Below are positions 59,524 through 64,000 of a DNA stretch of 64,000 nt, one piece after another. Every line of letters begins with the position of its first letter. Within the stretch, counting starts at the first letter, position 1. The translations under genes and the position numbers were made by a program. The stretch spans positions 19,220,001 through 19,284,000 of the forward strand of contig CM060734.1 in assembly GCA_030704615.1 (NCBI GenBank). Reading direction: 5' to 3'. The notes under the pieces were generated by a model. The model was not told the origin of the DNA, did not search any database, and saw only the letters and a list, made by a program, of their open reading frames with translations. Origin of the DNA: Takakia lepidozioides (lineage: Eukaryota; Plantae; Bryophyta).

Positions 59524-61042
59524 CAGCTCGTATCTATGAGTGCTAGATACGAGTTAGTTGTAGCACTTGTGGTTTTTGCTTGAGATTGAGAGAAACCAAG
59601 TTGTTATGCAAGGAGCACCATGGAGCTCTTGGTTGTTAGAAGCGGAGGCGATGTGGGTTATGAGGTGGTAGACCTTGGCATTCGATCTTCAGCTTCAGAG
59701 ATGAAAGCACCATGCTGCAGGTAATTTCAGAGCACCTTGATGGTTTCAGATTGTGTACATGCATGAGCAAGCACGATTGGGAAGAGGACCAGTCAAGAGC
59801 AGGTTATAGTGGCTTTGGTGGCAAAGCTGAGAACTGGACTTGGGAATGCGAGCTTTCATTGTGTGAAGGATTGCAAGACCAAGCGAAAGGGCTGATTTTG
59901 CTTGGGGCAAATCAGTGCACTTTGTGGAGTATGGTGAGATTGGGTTTCAATCTCGAGCTTCAGCATTGAGAGGGCTCTTGTCATGGCAAGAGCAGGGCTG
60001 GAACAGGAGCTAAGAGGTGCGGCAAGGCCATGGAATGTGCACCTAGGGTTTCAGAGCTTGGAAGAAGAGTTCTTGCACCACAAGAGAAGTGTCTTGTGGC
60101 TGGAAATGTAAGCCTTAGGGTTTCAGGAGCTTGGCAAAGGCTATGGAGTGCTTAGTTTTGTCATAGAGAGCATCAAGGAGCCAAGGAGCCAAGATAGGGG
60201 GCTGATATCTCTTGTGTGAAGAGGTTGCATGTGTGGAGCATGTATTCAGCTCATTGAAGCTTCCATCTTCAAGCTTGGAGGGCAAGCAAGGAAGAGGGAA
60301 GGGCTGACTTCCCTTATGTGAGGGCAATGTATGTGTGGAGCATGCTGTCAGCCTGGTGAAGGCTTGCACTTTTAGGTGTGGGAGTGCAAGGAAGGAAGGA
60401 AGGGGCTGGTTTCCCTGTAGGGCATGTAGAGCATGCTTTCAGCCTGCTGAAGCTTGTATTTTCAGGTTTGTGGATGCAAGAAATGAAGCAAAGGAGCTGA
60501 TTCTCTTATGGTGAGAGTGGGGCATGTGTGGAGCATGCCTTCAGCCCATTGAGGCTCTTGTTTTCAAGCCTTAGAGAGCTAGAACGGAAGGTCTAGGGCT
60601 GGTTTCCACTTGGAGTGAAAGAAAAGCACTTGTAGGGCCTATGTGAGTTGGGGTTTCAACTTCAAGCTTGAAGGGAGCGCAACTCTTGAAGCAACAGGTG
60701 TAGAGGGCTGGAATAGGCTCTAAGACAGATGTTATGGCCAATGAGAGTGCTTGAATGAGTGCTCACAAGGGCTGGAACCAGCAGGGCTTGGTTGTTTGCC
60801 ATTGAGTTTAGTGGCGTGTTTGGGGAGGCTAAGTGAGAAAAAAGGCTTGGTTTGTGGCAACCACCTCATGGCTTAGGGCTACTATGGTGGTGTGTGGGAG
60901 CCGAAAGAGCAAGGATACCTTGCTGATTTCCTCACAGCCACCATAGCTCGGTGGAAAGAAGCCTAGAGTCCAAGAGACACAAACCCTAGCTTGGCGTGGC
61001 TAAACCCCTTGGAGAAATGGCTAAACTGCCAGAGCGGCCATG

Positions 61043-62092
61043 TGTGGGGCTGTGACAGGCTGTGGCAAGCTGTGACAGGCTGTGACGGGCTGTGACAGGC
61101 TGTGGCAAGCTGTGACAGGCTGTGATGGGCTGTGATAGGCTGTGCCCTGTGCCCTGTGGGGCTGTGACGGGCTGTGTCAGGCTGTGACGGGCTGTGTCAG
61201 GCTGTGACAGGCTGTGCCCAGTGGCCTTTTGGGGCTGTGACAGGCTGTGCCCTGAGGCCTGTGGGGCTGTGACGGGCTGTGACAGGCTGTGCCCATGGCC
61301 TTTGGGGCTGTGATGGGCTGTGAGGGGCTGTGACAGGCCGTGCCTGAGGCCTTTGAGGCTGTGATGGGCTGTGATGGGCTGTGACAGGCTATGCCTTGTG
61401 CCCTGTGGGGCTGTGCGGGGCTGTGACAGGCTGTGCCCTGAGGCCTGTGGGGCTGTGACGGGCTGTGACAGGCTGTGCCCATGGCCTTTGGGGCTGTGAT
61501 GGGCTGTGAGGGCTGTGATAGGCCGTGCCTGAGGCCTTTGCGGCTGTGAGGGGCTGTGAGGGGCTGTGACAGGCCGTGCCCGAGGCCTTTGAGGCTGTGA
61601 CGTGCTGTGAGGGGCTGTGACAGGCCGTGCCCATGGCCTTTGGGGCTGTGACGGGCTGTGAGGGGCTGTGACAGGCCGTGCCTGAGGCCTTTGAGGCTGT
61701 GACGGGCTGTGAGGGGCTGTGACAGGCCGTGCCCATGGCCTTTGGGCTGTGACGGGCTGTGAGGGGCTGTGACAGGCCGCGCCTGAGGCCTTTGGGGCTG
61801 TGACGGGCTGTGAGGGGCTGTGACAGGCCGTGCCTGAGGCCTTTGGGGCTGTGATGGGCTGTGACAGGCCGTGCCTGAGGCCTTTGAGGCTGTGACGGGC
61901 TGTGAGGGGCCGTGACAGGCCGTGCCCATGGCCTTTGGGGCTGTGACAGGCCGCGCCTGAGGCCTTTGGGGCTGTGACGGGCTGTGAGGGGCTGTGACAG
62001 GCTGTGCCTGAGGCCTTTGAGGCTGTGACGAGCTGTGAGGGGCTGTGACAGGCTGTGCCCAGTGGCCTGTGGGACTGTGACGGCTGTGACCA
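61043..62092. repeat. ~1-kb minisatellite of GGCTGTGAC 9-mers with a higher-order ~37-46-bp period
   Basis: Directly visible. Confidence 0.96.
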
Positions 62093-62994
62093 GTGAGCTG
62101 TGTGGGCCTGTGCTGGTCTGTGGTGGCCCGTGTTGACCTGTGGACGGCCTGTGCTGACTCGTGGAGGCACTGGTGGACTGCCTAAGGACTGGCATGTGGT
62201 CTGGAAGGCCGAATTTTGAAGCTCGTGGAGGGCGGTTTGAGGAGTATCTTCATGATATTCCCATGGTCATGCAAGTGAGGGAAGAGAGGAGAGGAAGAGT
62301 GTTGGGATGAGGGCCTGGGGTTAGGCATTGCTTTAGCTTCTCTTCCTCGTAGTTTCCCCCCTCTCATTAGGCCAAGACCTTTCCGTAGGTGGAGGCAAGA
62401 GTCAGTCCGAGTTTGGGCTGGGGTGTCCTTGCAGGAGCAACACCGTGGAGTTGTTTTTGGTGTGGGGGAGTTGTCGTTCTGATTTCTTGTGTTTGGATCC
62501 CCTCCATACCTGCATGCTTGACTGTGCGCCATGCTAGTTTTGTGTGGGCGCTTGTTTTTATAGGTATTGGTCCGGATTTGATCACCGGCCAGTCCTAGAG
62601 CATGCTGTCGATGGTGAGGCTGGGGTGATGACCAGCCAGACCATCATTGTTTCTCTTGTGGTGAGGTTGGAGGTGATGACCAGCCAACCATAGGAGTGCT
62701 TGCGGTGGATGCAGGTACAGGTGTAGGCTATGTTAGGAACTTAGTATTCCAAACCATAAGCCGCAACAGGTTCTCTACCCGGTTACCTTGTGGAGAGGGG
62801 GTTAGGGACATGTTCATGCTGGGGATAGTGCCGGTTCGAGCACTAGCGATACTAGTGGGTACACGAGACGAGGTGTGCGGTTTAGGCCACCTTCACCTCC
62901 TGTGTCTTCTACGGAAGGTTCTGATTCGGATTGTGAATCAGGAGGACTCATACCGGCGGTGCAAGTTGTTTCTTTGCCATTGTTGTGGGACACA

Positions 62995-64000
62995 ATGGAG
63001 GAGATGTATGGAGCTACCAAGGGGCCACGAAGGTACTCTGGGGCGGTGGGCACCATCGAGTTGGATGATTTTATCCAAGAGTTTGATAGTTGGTGTGATT
63101 TGCAGCAAATGCGCAATCCACAACTATTTACGCCTTTCATGGCATGGAAGGGGCTGTTTCAGCACCTTGAGGGGCCGCCTATGGATGATTACCATGAGTT
63201 CAGGCGGGGGCATGAGGTTGAGATCGAGGAGTGGAGGATGTACTGGTCACCCGACTATGTCTCCATCACTAGGGGCACTAGAGCCACGAGGGCAGTGGCT
63301 ACACCTGCCGCTGCACCGGCAGCTTCAGCAAGCAGCAGTGGGACTGGTGGTACAGTAGCTACGACGTCCACCCAAGCCACTACCGCACCAGCACTAGCAC
63401 CCGTGCCTGCCTTCAACCCTGTTGTGGAGTTCTTCGAAGAGTTGAGAGGGAACTACCAAGGGGTGAGGACAGAGAAGTTGCGGAGCTTGCAAGAGTTCCA
63501 ACGGAAGCCGACCGAGAGCTTGAGGGAGGCTTTCACTCGCATGAGGCGCTTGATAAATGTAACCCAAGGGGTTACGGAAGCTCAGGCAGTCCAATTCTGG
63601 TATGTGATATTGGACAAGGAGCTGAGGAGAAGGGTGCGGGATGCAACTCTCCTACAAGCGGCCCAACCCACCTTAGCAAGTGGTGCTCCTAGCCAACCAC
63701 CACCTCAACGTGCTCAAGGCAACAAGGGGGCTCAGGTGAAGCTCAGGGAAGGGCAGAGAGGACCTCAGATGCAGGGGTCTCTCCCTTCATTTGCTGGCCA
63801 ACAACGGGCGGATGTGGTGTGCTGGACATGTGGAGGACCCCATGTCAAGAAGGATTGTCCAGAGGGAGGCAAAGGGCCGGCACATGCACAGCCTGCACAG
63901 TTACAGTGTGGGCATTGTGGCAAACACGGGCATGGAGAGGCTCAGTGTTATGGTTTGCATCCTGAGTTGCGCCCAGGCCAGTTCCAAGGGAACAATGGTG
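62995..64000 (+). CDS. gag of family B (open to window end)
   Basis: IELDDFIQEFDSWCD; LQEFQRKPTESLREAFTRM; knuckles CWTCGGPHVKKDC and CGHCGKHGHGEAQC. Confidence 0.88.
   Translation, partial: MEEMYGATKGPRRYSGAVGTIELDDFIQEFDSWCDLQQMRNPQLFTPFMAWKGLFQHLEGPPMDDYHEFRRGHEVEIEEWRMYWSPDYVSITRGTRATRAVATPAAAPAASASSSGTGGTVATTSTQATTAPALAPVPAFNPVVEFFEELRGNYQGVRTEKLRSLQEFQRKPTESLREAFTRMRRLINVTQGVTEAQAVQFWYVILDKELRRRVRDATLLQAAQPTLASGAPSQPPPQRAQGNKGAQVKLREGQRGPQMQGSLPSFAGQQRADVVCWTCGGPHVKKDCPEGGKGPAHAQPAQLQCGHCGKHGHGEAQCYGLHPELRPGQFQGNNG

Larger units (their letters stand above)
59180..64000 (+). mobile_element. Ty3/Gypsy family B, second copy, 5' part (LTR, long leader, gag)
   Basis: LTR matches 16406-16722; the end of gag matches 10959-11001. 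Confidence 0.88.

Noticed and set aside
60986-62195. Three long overlapping minus-strand ORFs (394, 250 and 268 aa)
   Set aside because: They arise from a minisatellite lacking stop codons on that strand; the peptides are purely repetitive

Overview
Eukaryotic nuclear DNA from a plant. The intron-rich genes and the transposon families suggest a non-seed land plant such as a bryophyte (inference). 1-19 kb is a nest of decayed Ty3/Gypsy retrotransposons. Two minus-strand copies of one family, each with an intact extra 231-aa ORF upstream of gag, sit one inside the other, and both sit inside a plus-strand Gypsy element. That plus-strand element carries a C5 cytosine DNA methyltransferase between protease and RT. 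A second copy of this methyltransferase family starts at ~59180 and shows a self-priming-type primer site, a ~3.5-kb repeat-rich leader and gag. Host genes are a 17-exon mitochondrial HSP60 (24101-33339, +, with a LINE in intron 1) and an anoctamin/TMEM16-like gene (45516-51403, -). Between them, an 8.5-kb hAT-type element (TIRs plus a perfect 8-bp TSD) encloses an intron-containing SANT-domain chromatin gene and no transposase. Also present are two Sola-like DDE transposase remnants, two non-autonomous Helitrons and a TTAA-flanked piggyBac-like MITE.
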